A stretch of 64,000 nucleotides of DNA, from IMG/VR virus record IMGVR_UViG_3300021171_000008, positions 1 through 64,000 of that record; one strand, 5' to 3'. The translations under genes were made by a program, and so were the position numbers. Below, piece by piece: positions 19,871 through 30,508 of the stretch. Positions within the stretch are counted from its first letter, which is position 1. Every line of letters begins with the position of its first letter. The notes beneath the pieces are model-generated. The model had not been told where the DNA came from and did no database searches. It saw nothing but the letters and a program-made list of their open reading frames with translations. The stretch comes from a virus.

Positions 19871-20626
19871 ATGGCACGAGGTCAACGTCAGCTAGTTTGG
19901 ATTACACCAGTTCATTTCGATCACTCGGGACGCCCCGTCGATCCCGACTATGGAATCGATGAAGGCGGACGCCCCGGACAGGGGCTTCCCGGTTGGGGCG
20001 GTCGTCCCGAAGGCGGGTGGGATCGTCCCGAGCGTCCCGAGCGCCCTGGTCACCTTCCGGGTTGGGGCGGTCGCCCTGTCGATCCGGGCTATGGCGTCGA
20101 GGGGCCTGAGGGCGGCGGCGGCGAGCCTCCCGTCTGGCCGGTCGATCCGGAATACCCGGATCAGGGCCTGCCTCCGTCTGTGCCTCCTGGCATTCCGGAG
20201 CTGCCTCCGGGCGCCATCTGGCCGCCGTTGCCTCCGAGCATTCCTCCCGGCAAGGCAGTTGCGATCATCTACATTTCCGGCGTCGGCTCGCGCTGGGCGG
20301 TGATCGATGTTCCGGAGCGCCCCGAGCGGCCCGAGCGGCCGGTCGATCCGGACTATGGCGTCGATGAAGGCGAGCAACCCGAAACCCAGCCGCCAGGACG
20401 GCCAGGACAGGGCTTGCCGCGCCCGCCGCAGGGTGGCCGTCCAGAGCGCCCCGGCCAAGGCTTGCCTCCGCAACGTCCGGGTATGCCCGAGCGCCCAGAG
20501 CGTCCCGAGCTTCCAGGCCAAGGCCTGCCCCCGACCCGCCCGACACCTCCCGCAGGCGGCGTCGGCGGCAGGCCTCCGCAGCGTCCAGGCCCAGCTCCGA
20601 TCCCGCCGCGTGAGCCGAAGCGGTAA
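19871..20626 (+). CDS. Pro/Gly-rich repeat protein
   Basis: Repeats PVDPDYG, PERPE, PGQGLP; GGAG RBS. Confidence 0.6.
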   Translation: MARGQRQLVWITPVHFDHSGRPVDPDYGIDEGGRPGQGLPGWGGRPEGGWDRPERPERPGHLPGWGGRPVDPGYGVEGPEGGGGEPPVWPVDPEYPDQGLPPSVPPGIPELPPGAIWPPLPPSIPPGKAVAIIYISGVGSRWAVIDVPERPERPERPVDPDYGVDEGEQPETQPPGRPGQGLPRPPQGGRPERPGQGLPPQRPGMPERPERPELPGQGLPPTRPTPPAGGVGGRPPQRPGPAPIPPREPKR

Positions 20627-20793
20627 AACAAATCGCCGAGTCTCTAGCGCGGGGACATAGGCGGTAAGGCAGCGGCGGCGCGTTCCTCCCACAGCGTCGC
20701 CGCAGCTGATTTTTTGCACAGCTTGCAAATTACGTGTTATGAATTTGTGGTCTTAGAGTCGTAAACCCAATCTCGAAAGCGGGGTACTTCGGA

Positions 20794-21516
20794 ATGAACA
20801 AGCTTCTATTGACCACAGCGCTGTTCGCGGCGATCGGCGCGAGTCCGGCCAAGGCGACGCTCCAGATCGCCTTCACTGACGGTTCGACCGTAGTCACTTG
20901 CGCCGACGGTCAGTCCTGCGATCTCGCTGGACCGGCGCACAACATCATCATCCTCAACGAAACGGTGGGCGCGTTCCACATTATCGGCACCGTGGCCGCG
21001 AGCGTCAGCGGCTCGGCCGAGGATAACCTCCAGTTCTCAACCTCGCTGATCTCGAACAGCGGATCGAGCGAAGGGCATTTGCGGATCGTGGTGGGCGACA
21101 CCAATTTCGTCGGCCCGGTCAATGCGGTGCGGGAGAGCGCATCCCTGACCTTCAACGATGCGCTCGGCAGCGGGCCTTCGACGCTCGGCTTCTTCGCCGA
21201 TCCGGCCAATGGCCAGCCAGCGGGCATCGGCCTCGCCACTCCCGGCCAGACCCTGTTTCAGGACAGCGGCTCGCCGTCGTCCAACCCGTTCTCGTTCGCG
21301 GGCTCCAACCTGTCGCCGTTCTTCGCTAATGGTCCGTTCAGCATGTCGGAAGCAGCTACGCTCGGATTGCGCGGCGGCGCGAGCATCACCGGCTTCAACG
21401 AGAGCATGGAATCGAACGCGATCCCCGAGCCCTCGACCTGGGCGATGATCTTGCTCGGCTTCGGCGTGCTGGGGCTCCTCGGGTTTCACAAGCGCAAGGC
21501 CCAGCTCGTGGTCTGA
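20794..21516 (+). CDS. PEP-CTERM (PEPxxWA-CTERM) exosortase-substrate surface protein
   Basis: Signal peptide MNKLLLTTALFAAIGASPAKA; C-terminal IPEPSTWAMILLGFGVLGLLGFHKRK. Confidence 0.9.
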   Translation: MNKLLLTTALFAAIGASPAKATLQIAFTDGSTVVTCADGQSCDLAGPAHNIIILNETVGAFHIIGTVAASVSGSAEDNLQFSTSLISNSGSSEGHLRIVVGDTNFVGPVNAVRESASLTFNDALGSGPSTLGFFADPANGQPAGIGLATPGQTLFQDSGSPSSNPFSFAGSNLSPFFANGPFSMSEAATLGLRGGASITGFNESMESNAIPEPSTWAMILLGFGVLGLLGFHKRKAQLVV

Positions 21517-21542
21517 CCGGCTTTCTCCAGTAGTCGGTTCTT

Positions 21543-21567
21543 GGGGCGGCTTCGGCCGCCCCTTTTT
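21543..21567 (+). terminator. Intrinsic terminator
   Basis: GGGGCGGC-TTCG-GCCGCCCC-TTTTT. Confidence 0.85.
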
Positions 21568-21654
21568 GTTGCGGGAACGAATCGAGATCGTTCGCGACCG
21601 CCGTGCGGATGTGGCATAACGATGGCGGGCTAGCCGTTCGGCATGGGGGAACCC

Positions 21655-22110
21655 ATGACCCAACTCACAGAACATTTCACGCTCTCGGAGTTCACCGACT
21701 CGCAGACGGCAGCTCGCCAGGGCATCCACAATGTGCCGCCGGCCAGCAGCCAGGAGCGCAAGAACATCCAGCGCACCGCAGAGGTGATGGAGAAGGTCCG
21801 CACCCTCCTCGGCGACAAGCCTATCTTGATCAGCTCGGGCTACCGCTGCCCACAGCTCAACGCAGCGGTGGGGGGCAGCAAATCGAGCGCCCACATGAGC
21901 GGGCTCGCGGTCGACTTCAGTTGCCCTGGCTATGGCACGCCGCTCCACATCTGCAAGCACTTGCACTCGCACATGAAGGAGCTGGGCATCGACCAGCTGA
22001 TCCACGAATATGACACTTGGGTGCATCTCGGGCTGCGCGCTACTGACATGACGCCGCGTCATCAGGCGCTGACCATCGACAGCAAGGGCACCCGCAGCGG
22101 GTTCGCATGA
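21655..22110 (+). CDS. Endolysin, peptidase M15 family
   Basis: LTEHFTLSEF, ISSGYRCPQLNAAVGG..SAHMSGLAVD, WVHLG. Confidence 0.9.
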   Translation: MTQLTEHFTLSEFTDSQTAARQGIHNVPPASSQERKNIQRTAEVMEKVRTLLGDKPILISSGYRCPQLNAAVGGSKSSAHMSGLAVDFSCPGYGTPLHICKHLHSHMKELGIDQLIHEYDTWVHLGLRATDMTPRHQALTIDSKGTRSGFA

Positions 22111-22418
22111 TGCTCGCCCAGCTTCCGCCGACGGCCTCCACAAAGATTGTCGATTACCCAGGAGTGGTTGCGTGCATTGGCATCGCCACCGTCACTGCGG
22201 GGCTTTTGTGGGTCATCAATCGATACGATGCGACGGGCGGCACGCTGACCATCTCACTGATTGTGGTGCTGGCGTTTGTCGCGGTCGTCGCGTTCTCTTT
22301 GCTCTACAATATCCCTTCAGACGATGAGGTGACGCCGGGAGTTGTTGGCGGCCTCGTCGCCGCGTTCGGCGCGGTCGTCGCGTTCTGGCTGGGGAGATCA
22401 AGGGAAGGTCCGAAATGA
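22107..22418 (+). CDS. Holin-like membrane protein
   Basis: Three hydrophobic helices; next to endolysin. Confidence 0.55.
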   Translation: MMLAQLPPTASTKIVDYPGVVACIGIATVTAGLLWVINRYDATGGTLTISLIVVLAFVAVVAFSLLYNIPSDDEVTPGVVGGLVAAFGAVVAFWLGRSREGPK

Positions 22419-22603
22419 GTCCGCTCGGAATCATCCTCCTCATCGTCCTGATCGTCATCTTGTTTGGAGGGATCAGCCCGCACTTCTATCAGGGCGCGCC
22501 TTGGGGACCGGGCTACGGCTGGGGCAACGGCGGGATCGGCCTCATCGGCATCCTCCTGATCGTCCTCCTCCTGCTGCTGGTCTCGGGGCACTTCCCGTAC
22601 TAA
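22415..22603 (+). CDS. Small two-TM membrane protein (DUF3309-like)
   Basis: LGIILLIVLIVILFGG..GYGWGNGGIGLIGILLIV. Confidence 0.6.
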   Translation: MSPLGIILLIVLIVILFGGISPHFYQGAPWGPGYGWGNGGIGLIGILLIVLLLLLVSGHFPY

Positions 22604-23711
22604 AGGGGAGGCCGCACTTCCGTAGGAGGTAAATCTAGGAGAAGGCGGCCTCCCAAGTCGCCCCCCGCAAGGGCGGTGCAAGGGGGGCTGACATGGCTAG
22701 GTTGTGGGACCCAGCCAATTCCACGCCTATAGCGCGGTCCACGGGGATTTGCACGTTCTGTTTTGCACCCCGTGCTAGGGATAACTACCTAGCGCGGGGG
22801 AAGTTCCTCACCGCTGGCCGCTCCAGCCATCTTCGATCCACGGGGCGTCTTCTTGCCGTCGCTGCGAGTGCTTGGCCCACGGCGGCTCCTCGGGAACCTT
22901 GGCCCGGTCTTGCCGTTGCAACTCTTTGATATTCGCGCGCAGCGTTGCGATGGCTTGTCTGGCTTCGTCCAGACCGGGCTCCCCGGCTTTCTCCAAGCGG
23001 GCAAAATCAGCCTCGCAGATATCAAGGATCTTCCAGTACGGCTCTAGGTCCAGCATATTCGACTCCGTTGACTGTCACGACAGCGCGATCAGCTGATCGG
23101 CGATGGCGTAGGCCGTGTCCGTGTCCTTCGTCGACCAGTCCGTGACCGGGTTCTGGCCGCGCCGCACGATCGCCAGCGAGACAGCGAGGATGGCGTCGCG
23201 CCGCGCCTCGGAGCGCTTGATCGCGTTGCCGTTAGCGGCGGCGGCGATGCCGAGATCCACATCGCCATGGATCTCCTTGTCGGACGGCGGGATGGAGCCG
23301 AGCATGCGCTTGAACGCAGGGGCTTCGCGCAGCGGCGCGCTCGCTGGAATGCCGACGCCAGGGCGAATGGCTTCGTGATCAGCAAGAGAAGATGTGGTGG
23401 CTTGGTAGGCGTCGTCACTCATTTGAGTTGTTCCTTCAGTTTATTGAGTCCCCTGGCCCGGTCGGGGTCTTGGACCGTCTCTGGCGCCGTGACCTCGATG
23501 CGCGGCTCGTCGAGGTTCCAAGTCGGAGGCAGCTTGGTGATCTCAACCGTCCAGTCGCGGTCTTGCTCACCGGCGCGATGCTGAAGCGCCTCTGGCGCAT
23601 AGGCGGTGTAGCAGCGTTGCGGCCACGGGTACTTCCAGATGGCGTGCTTGCGACATGCGGCGGCCGAGGGGGTCGCCAGTGTGATGGCGATCACAGCGAG
23701 CGCGGCCCGTT

Positions 23712-24242
23712 TCATGCGCCACTCAGAGCTTCAAGGACTTGGGCGAACGAATGATGATCCTCAAGGACATTGCCTTGCGCCTTCTCAAGCCACTCGCGGC
23801 TCTCCATCATGTATGGCGGGATCAGCACGAGCCCCTTCTCCCCGTCGAAGCGGACGAGCCCGACGAATCCGGTGCGCCGAATCAGCCATGCCCGCAGCTC
23901 GGGGTCCCGGTGGGCGTCAGGGTATTTCGGATCACACCAGATCTGGATGGCGGGGATTCGGACCTCGCCGAACTTGGGGTCCTGTGCCGTCACATAGTCC
24001 GGCATGATATCGATTACGTAATGGCTTCGATCCGGGCGGCGCAGATCGCTCGCGTCATCGCCCTGAAGCCAGACGCAATTCCACATGCCGCATTCCCAGG
24101 GAAAGCCTAGCTCCGGCTTGTGGTAGACGGCGCACCCCTTCCCGTGGCGTTGATGCTGGCAGCGCGTGTTCGAGGGCTTGTTGATGCCTTTGACGGGCAG
24201 CAAGCGGCAGCAAAGGGTACAGCTCCCGCATTCTCGACTCAT
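23712..24242 (-). CDS. Cys-cluster (YkgJ-like) protein
   Basis: CGSCTLCC..C..GCAVY..C..C. Confidence 0.6.
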   Translation of the reverse strand: MSRECGSCTLCCRLLPVKGINKPSNTRCQHQRHGKGCAVYHKPELGFPWECGMWNCVWLQGDDASDLRRPDRSHYVIDIMPDYVTAQDPKFGEVRIPAIQIWCDPKYPDAHRDPELRAWLIRRTGFVGLVRFDGEKGLVLIPPYMMESREWLEKAQGNVLEDHHSFAQVLEALSGA

Positions 24243-25281
24243 GTCATTCCCCTTGGGCCGCCGCACGGCCCCGTTGTTCAGAGCGTGTCGTCGCCCTGGA
24301 TGTCGATTGTGCCGAACATGGCCTCGTGGCGTCCCGGCGCGCAATTGCAGATGAAGGCGTCCATCCGCCGCATCGCGACTTGCAAACTATCCGAGATCAC
24401 GGGCATCAGCGGCGGCTCGCTCGGTGCTGGCGGCAGCGGCAAATGCCGAGGCGCTTGCGATCGATGGTCGCTGCTCCGGTAGCTCTCCAGCTGCGCTTGG
24501 CTCCTGATGTAGTCGCGTTCGAGCTGGAGGCGTGTGCGCTGTTCCTCCACGAACATGCGGAGGAGCGCATCGTGCGCCTGTCGGAGGCGCCGCAGCTCTT
24601 CGTTCTCCACCTCCGCGTGCGGCTGATATGGCGACGTGATCGTGCGCAGCTGGGCATCGCTTTGGTCGCGATCGGCGCGGGCCGCGTCGCGGGCCGCCTC
24701 GCAAATGCGCAGCTTCTCCTTCAGCTCGGCGATGTAGGTGAGCAGCGTCTTGTTCGGGTCCAGCTCGGGCCGCTTTGGCCGCGAGAGAATCGCGCTCCCA
24801 ACGAGCGACAGTATGAATGCGAGTGGTCCTGTCATGTGCTCTCCTCCTTCAGTAACCATTTCCTCGACTTGCTTCGACCCGACCATTCCCTTGCCCCTTT
24901 CTTTCCAGCGCCTCCAGCCGCGCCGTCATCCACTCCACCTCGCGCCGATAGACGATCAGCGCGGCTAGCGTGGCCTGGGTCGCTTTCTGTGTGCGCCATG
25001 CGTACCAAGCGCTCCCGGCGACCATGACCAGAATCCAGATTTGCAACGCGAGAGTCGTCCACTGGATCATTGGATCGACTCGATCCAGTCGATGACCTTC
25101 TCCCGGTCCTCGCTCATCGCGTGCATCGTCCCAGCCAAGACGAAGGCGTGGTGGATCTTCATATCGCGCCGCCGGTTGACCTCGACGCCGATCAGCTGAA
25201 CTGCATGCTGGAGATCCCCGGCGCGCGCCAGCTCCAGCGCCCGCGCTTTGAGATCGGCTAGCCATTCCTCCTTCGTCTTCA

Positions 25282-26559
25282 TTAAGCCCCCACCTTGTCA
25301 GCGACGACGCGCCATGCTTTCAACTGCGCCAACGAGATCCGAGCCATCTCGTCCGGGGGTAATTCGTTCACCCATTTCTCAAGTTCAGGGCGGCCCTTTT
25401 GGGCCATGTTCGCGCCGCGCATCTCGATCGACGGCGTCAGGAGATCGGAACGCTCGGTGCGTTTACGGGATGTCCCACCGGGAGCTTGCGAGGGGGTTTT
25501 CGCCGCTCCCGGTGGCGCTTGCGAACCGGATAATTGCGGCTGATCCGGCTCGGGCGTGACGACCGAAGAGCGGGGAGCCCCCTGGTCGCCAGCATCCGGA
25601 GCCGGGGGAATCTCGGCCCCAGATTCAGATAGTTGCGCGGCCCCCTCGGAAGCCCCGGCGCCTACTCCGGAAACATCGTCATGGGGGGCCGCGCGTTCCT
25701 CGGACGCAGGAGTCGCCACGTCGTCGGAAGCTGGAAATTCGCCGGTCTCGGGATCGACTCCTACGAGAAAGTCTAGGCGGTCTGACAGTACGCGCGGCGC
25801 CTGAACCCGGTCCGCGCGATCGCGGTCAACATCATATAGCTCATCATCCCGCGATAACAAACCAAGGATGTCGCTCGACATTGGGAGCTGCTTGGCATGA
25901 CGCCGCGCGACCGTTTTTTTCGCCATCTCGGCGAACGATCGCCGCCACGCGGGCGAGAACTCGCCCTTGCGGTTCTTCCGCGCATAGGTATCGCGAACCA
26001 GCTCGACCTCGGCGCGGGTCATGACGTCGCGCGACTTGTCCCCACCCTTTATCGTCGCGACGGAATAGACATGGGTGAGGACACCATGGTCGAGATGTTG
26101 ACGCAGGCGCTTGTTGAAAGCGGCCTCGTCTTCGTCCGTGCCACGCTCCAGCGTGGGGGCCATGTAGGGCTTGTGGCGGATGAACGGGGTATCGCCCAGC
26201 TCGTAGTCGAAGTGATCCTTGGAGAAGACTGCCGTCACATCCCATGAGGTGACGTCGCCCGACCGGCGGACCTTCTTTCTGACGCCGGCAACCATCGGCA
26301 TCCAAGTGACTTGACCGTCGAAGGCAACCAGGGCGCCGTCATGCCCGTCCGGCACCAGCCCGTCGCTCGCCGCCTTCATGGCCGCGTTCATCAGGCTGCG
26401 TCGGTTGGCGTTGAGCAGCTCCGGGTTGAGCGCGATCGCTGTCATGATGACGCGAACGAACTTTTTCGGGCTGATGCCGGACCCGGCCAGCGCCGCCTCG
26501 AACTGGCTTACGCGCTGGCCCAGCTCCTGCGCGATCGTGAGATCTCTAGACTCCGCCAT
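25282..26559 (-). CDS. recT: RecT-family single-strand annealing protein
   Basis: SLMNAAMKAASDGLVPDG, VMTRAEVELVR, AW..EMAKKTVARR. Confidence 0.9.
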   Translation of the reverse strand: MAESRDLTIAQELGQRVSQFEAALAGSGISPKKFVRVIMTAIALNPELLNANRRSLMNAAMKAASDGLVPDGHDGALVAFDGQVTWMPMVAGVRKKVRRSGDVTSWDVTAVFSKDHFDYELGDTPFIRHKPYMAPTLERGTDEDEAAFNKRLRQHLDHGVLTHVYSVATIKGGDKSRDVMTRAEVELVRDTYARKNRKGEFSPAWRRSFAEMAKKTVARRHAKQLPMSSDILGLLSRDDELYDVDRDRADRVQAPRVLSDRLDFLVGVDPETGEFPASDDVATPASEERAAPHDDVSGVGAGASEGAAQLSESGAEIPPAPDAGDQGAPRSSVVTPEPDQPQLSGSQAPPGAAKTPSQAPGGTSRKRTERSDLLTPSIEMRGANMAQKGRPELEKWVNELPPDEMARISLAQLKAWRVVADKVGA

Positions 26560-27490
26560 CATCGATTCCTTTGACCGAAACTTGCGGGTATTGCGTCGGC
26601 TTCACGGTGTAAGATTTCTTTTTAATTACTTTCACCGTCACCACGCGCGAACCGCAGCGCGCGCCAGGAGCATTGGCCAACTTCATCATGATCCGCGCGT
26701 CGAGGATCTTGCGCTGATCCGTCGCGTCCGCGCCCGCCTTTTCGACCTGCTTAAATTGGGCTCGATCGTTGAGGATGTCGCGAAACTCGCCATCGTCCGA
26801 CAGATCGATGATCGGCCCGGAGCCTTCCTCGTAGAGGTCGAAGACGGTCTTCCGATCTTTCCCGAAATCCGGGTCATAGGGCTCGTCCTCGGCCACGCGG
26901 CGCCAGAACTCGCCAACCAGATCCTCGATTCGGTGAATCAGGTGGGGCTTGAGCGGGATGTCGATGTAGAGCACCTCGATGCCGCCGTCGCCAAGCTTCA
27001 TCGCCGCCACGCCAGCCCAGGACGCGCCGATCAGATAGGCCTCGATCGAGGCCTGGACGGCCACCCAGGTAGGCACCGCGATGTCGCCGTGCTCATCGTG
27101 CCAGCGGCGCTTGAACGCGAACTGGCCGACCGTTTTGATCTGGACGGTCCCTCGGCCGTAATCGGTGGGCCGGGTGGCGTAGACGTCCGGCGTGGCGCCG
27201 ATCCGCGTCGAATCGTCCCAGTAATAGACGTTGGCTGGGCTAAGGTGCCAGTCGGGGTAATCCTCCTTTAAGATCTCGATGACGATTGGCTCGAACAGCC
27301 GTCCCCGCCGCAGGATCTTGCTGTCACCGGGCTCTGGGATCTTCTCGCACTTCAGCGCCCAGAGTTTGTAAGGCGTCAAAAACGGATGGATCTCCGGGCC
27401 GAACAGCGCCGCGATCTCGCTGGCGTTGACGTTCTGCTTTCGCCGCGCGAGCCATTCCTCGCGGGAAGACACTGGCCAGCTATGGATCAT
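26546..27490 (-). CDS. YqaJ-like (lambda Exo) exonuclease
   Basis: EWLARRK..ASEIAAL..TPYKLWALK, ATPD, QIKT. Confidence 0.85.
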   Translation of the reverse strand: MIHSWPVSSREEWLARRKQNVNASEIAALFGPEIHPFLTPYKLWALKCEKIPEPGDSKILRRGRLFEPIVIEILKEDYPDWHLSPANVYYWDDSTRIGATPDVYATRPTDYGRGTVQIKTVGQFAFKRRWHDEHGDIAVPTWVAVQASIEAYLIGASWAGVAAMKLGDGGIEVLYIDIPLKPHLIHRIEDLVGEFWRRVAEDEPYDPDFGKDRKTVFDLYEEGSGPIIDLSDDGEFRDILNDRAQFKQVEKAGADATDQRKILDARIMMKLANAPGARCGSRVVTVKVIKKKSYTVKPTQYPQVSVKGIDDGGV

Positions 27491-27915
27491 TCAGCCTTCA
27501 CCGCGCGCGTCTTCTGGTTAACGAGGTATTTGCGAACCATCGCCCGATGCCCGATTTCGGCGTCCTCCCAGCTGCTGTAGCGCTCACAATCGAGCGATGT
27601 CGGATAATAGATCCGCTCGCCATAGGCCCCCTCGAACCATTTGCCTTCCTCGATAAAGGCCATGGACTCGAACACGAGCGGCGGCCCGCCGCCCATGTGC
27701 CGGTGATCGAGGCCCAAGAAAACGGTGCTCACGTACTTGGTCTTGTTGCCGGTGAAGGCGACTTGACGATGCCCAACATCGTTGAGCCACTCGCCCCATT
27801 GGGTGAGCGAATAGCAGGGGATCGGCGTGCGCCCCTCTTCGCCGCCGAGGATGTACTGGCCCAGCCATGGCATGTCTGGAAAGTCATCCAGCATGCGCGG
27901 TTTGCGTCGGCCCAT
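27487..27915 (-). CDS. Conserved phage hypothetical protein
   Basis: VSTVFLGLDH..PLVFESM motif. Confidence 0.55.
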   Translation of the reverse strand: MGRRKPRMLDDFPDMPWLGQYILGGEEGRTPIPCYSLTQWGEWLNDVGHRQVAFTGNKTKYVSTVFLGLDHRHMGGGPPLVFESMAFIEEGKWFEGAYGERIYYPTSLDCERYSSWEDAEIGHRAMVRKYLVNQKTRAVKAE

Positions 27916-28306
27916 CGTTCAGACTCCAGAATCTGCCATCTCGGACGATCTTCCCCTGTTTTTGCCATTGCGAGATCAGGCTGTTCAGCGAGCTTTCGGA
28001 GAGCCCGCCCGCCGCAAGGGCCGTCCTTAGATCGCCCCAGCGTTTCGGTCCCGTCCGCAGCGCAGCCTCGACTACCTCTTGGCGCTTGCCAGGAACCGCA
28101 GCCCTACGCTTCGGCGTGGCGACCTTCTTGTAGAGGTTCTCGTCGATCATCTTGCGGGTGTGCGCGTAGCCTGACTCTTGCGGCGTTGGCTGAGACGCAG
28201 GCCAGAGCTTCAGCTCCGGATCGTAATCGAGCTTGCCGCCAAAGGCGGCTGCGACGACATCAGGCAGGCGGGTGGCGCTGACCAAAAATTGAACGCGATA
28301 TTTCAT
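27884..28306 (-). CDS. Hypothetical, possibly wHTH C-terminus
   Basis: GGAGTCGAAC RBS; first gene of leftward operon. Confidence 0.5.
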   Translation of the reverse strand: MKYRVQFLVSATRLPDVVAAAFGGKLDYDPELKLWPASQPTPQESGYAHTRKMIDENLYKKVATPKRRAAVPGKRQEVVEAALRTGPKRWGDLRTALAAGGLSESSLNSLISQWQKQGKIVRDGRFWSLNDGPTQTAHAG

Positions 28307-28533
28307 GTTCGACTCCCTGCGGGGGCGGCCCACATAAAGGCCGCCCCCGACCTCCCACGGACCGCTCAGCTCATTGGCGCGCGCCTAAGCGGCCACTTCG
28401 CTGCCGTTCCCGACGACCAGCGCATCGAATCGGCCGAACGAGCTGAACGATGGGCACGCCTATCTTGCCGGTTGCACCAACTGCAAGTCAATCGAATTTG
28501 CATTCGGCGCAAGAACGCCTATCTTTCGCCGCC

Positions 28534-28749
28534 ATGCGACTGAGCGTGTATCTCGCCAAGAATCAGCTGAACCCCGAGCAGTTCGCTGCGCGGGTAGGGG
28601 TCCACCCTACGACTATCTACCGGCTGCTATCCGGCGCGACGATTCCTAAGCGGCAAAATCTGAAGAAAATCTTGGCTGCGACCGAGGGCGAGGTCGACAT
28701 TAGCGATCTGATGTTCGCGGTCTCCCAGGTCGGCAAGGAGGCAGTATGA
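28534..28749 (+). CDS. Cro/XRE-family HTH regulator
   Basis: LNPEQFAARVGVHPTTIYRLLSG..P; at divergent promoter with two operator boxes. Confidence 0.8.
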   Translation: MRLSVYLAKNQLNPEQFAARVGVHPTTIYRLLSGATIPKRQNLKKILAATEGEVDISDLMFAVSQVGKEAV

Positions 28750-29189
28750 CCGATCGACCGAATGGGCCAACTCAAGAGGAAACCGAGGAAGTCGTCCAGG
28801 CGATCGAAGGCTATATGGCCGATCTCCTGTCGGAGAAAGCGCTCTACATGTCGCGCTGCAAACCCCTCCATGAGGCCATCAAGGACACGATCGAAGACGC
28901 CGTCAAAACCAAGGGTTTCGACAAGAAGGCGTTGAAGGTGGGCGTGAAGCAGCGCGAATACCTAAGAAAAATGGAGAAATTGGAGAACGAGCTGGACGAG
29001 GTCACGCAGACCGCGCTCGATCGCCTCCAGAGCCAACTCGGAACGTTCTCTGATTCGCCGCTCGGCAGGGCCGCCATGGACGCGGCGAAAGCTGGCACGG
29101 CGCGGCGCCCGCGCAAGAGGCGCGACCCCATCGATGAGCTGGTGCGCGAGGAAGACCAGCCGCCGGAAGACGCCGCCGCCGCCGAATAA
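28746..29189 (+). CDS. GapR/DUF2312-like DNA-binding protein
   Basis: IKDTIEDAVKTKGFDKKALK..KQR..LQSQLG. Confidence 0.55.
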   Translation: MTDRPNGPTQEETEEVVQAIEGYMADLLSEKALYMSRCKPLHEAIKDTIEDAVKTKGFDKKALKVGVKQREYLRKMEKLENELDEVTQTALDRLQSQLGTFSDSPLGRAAMDAAKAGTARRPRKRRDPIDELVREEDQPPEDAAAAE

Positions 29190-29200
29190 CCGGGGCGGCC

Positions 29201-29758
29201 ATGACCAAGATCCTGGCGATCGACTGCGCGACGCAATGCGGCCTCGCTTCCGGCGAGCCGGGAGAAACTCCACGACTCGAAACCGTTCACTTTGGGGATA
29301 ACGGGGACAACCATTTGCAGGTTGGCGCCCAGTGCTTGAAGTGGATCGCCTTTCGGCTGTCTGATGACCGTCCGGACGAGATCTGGATGGAGGAGCCGTT
29401 GGCGTTCAGTGGGAAGGAAGGCGAAACGAGCGCCGCGTCCCGCGTGCGGCTTAACGGCCTTTACATGATCATCGGCGCGGCGGCGCGCCTCAAGGGCGTG
29501 CCTGTGCATCCCGTCAAGATCACGACCGCCCGCAAGGGGTTTCTGGGCCATGGCGGGCTCAAGCGCGCTGTGGCGAAGAAGCGCTCTCGCGCGATGTGCC
29601 GGTTGCTCGGCTGGACCCCTCAGAACGACGACGAAGCGGACGCCGGCTGCATATTCTGGTTCGCCGGCCTCGCCCACGGCAAGCCCACGCCGATCTCCAA
29701 GCTCATGCAGAAGCAGATCGTCGAGGTTGTCCCGTTCCGGCGGCGGGTAGCCGCATGA
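29201..29758 (+). CDS. RuvC-like Holliday junction resolvase
   Basis: KILAID, MEEP, NDDEADA catalytic pattern. Confidence 0.75.
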   Translation: MTKILAIDCATQCGLASGEPGETPRLETVHFGDNGDNHLQVGAQCLKWIAFRLSDDRPDEIWMEEPLAFSGKEGETSAASRVRLNGLYMIIGAAARLKGVPVHPVKITTARKGFLGHGGLKRAVAKKRSRAMCRLLGWTPQNDDEADAGCIFWFAGLAHGKPTPISKLMQKQIVEVVPFRRRVAA

Positions 29759-30508
29759 CCGAGACGGAAGACTGGCACGCTCTGAATAAGCGCTATGTCG
29801 CGTTCATGATGACCGATCTGGGCAAGCTCTATCGCGCTTACGACAAGGCTCTGATCGACTATTGGCGGCATGAGCGAGACGACAACATCTCGCACAATAT
29901 GCGCAAGGAATTGGAGGAGTGCTGTCGGGAGGCGACTAACGCCTTTGTCGCTCAGCTGATGGAGCTGGCGAATGTCTGACACGAGCATCATCGATCGCAA
30001 GGCTGACGAGGCGGCCAAGGACGTCAAGCGCGAGCGCATGCTTGAGTTCATTCGCGACACGCTGATCGAGCGCGCCTACGGGCTGCGCACCGGCTTTGAG
30101 GCCAATTCATTCCTGTACTGCCAGAGCCCCGAAGGCAAAGAACACTTGAAGCGGCTGATCGCCATGGAGGCGGCGGCCGACGTTTTCACGCACCTCGTCG
30201 GCCAGTGGCAGAGCGCCGACGAGAGGCACCCGCGCCCGGAGTGGCTGAAGACGATCGCCCGACAGGCGATGGCCACCTTTATCGAGGCGTTTCAGTGACG
30301 CTGCCAAAGGAGGTTTGGGACCATGGACCGACGCTGACGCGAAAGCAGAGTGAGTTCTATCAGCCGCGCAAATCGCGCGAGGCCACCCAGGTCTACGATC
30401 GCGCAGCGGTGCAGGAATATCTCAGCGGGAAGATACCCCGCGAGGAGATGCTGAGACGAATAAGAAGACGTTGAACTTAGCGCCCAAATTCGGAAGGCGG
30501 ACCGAGAG

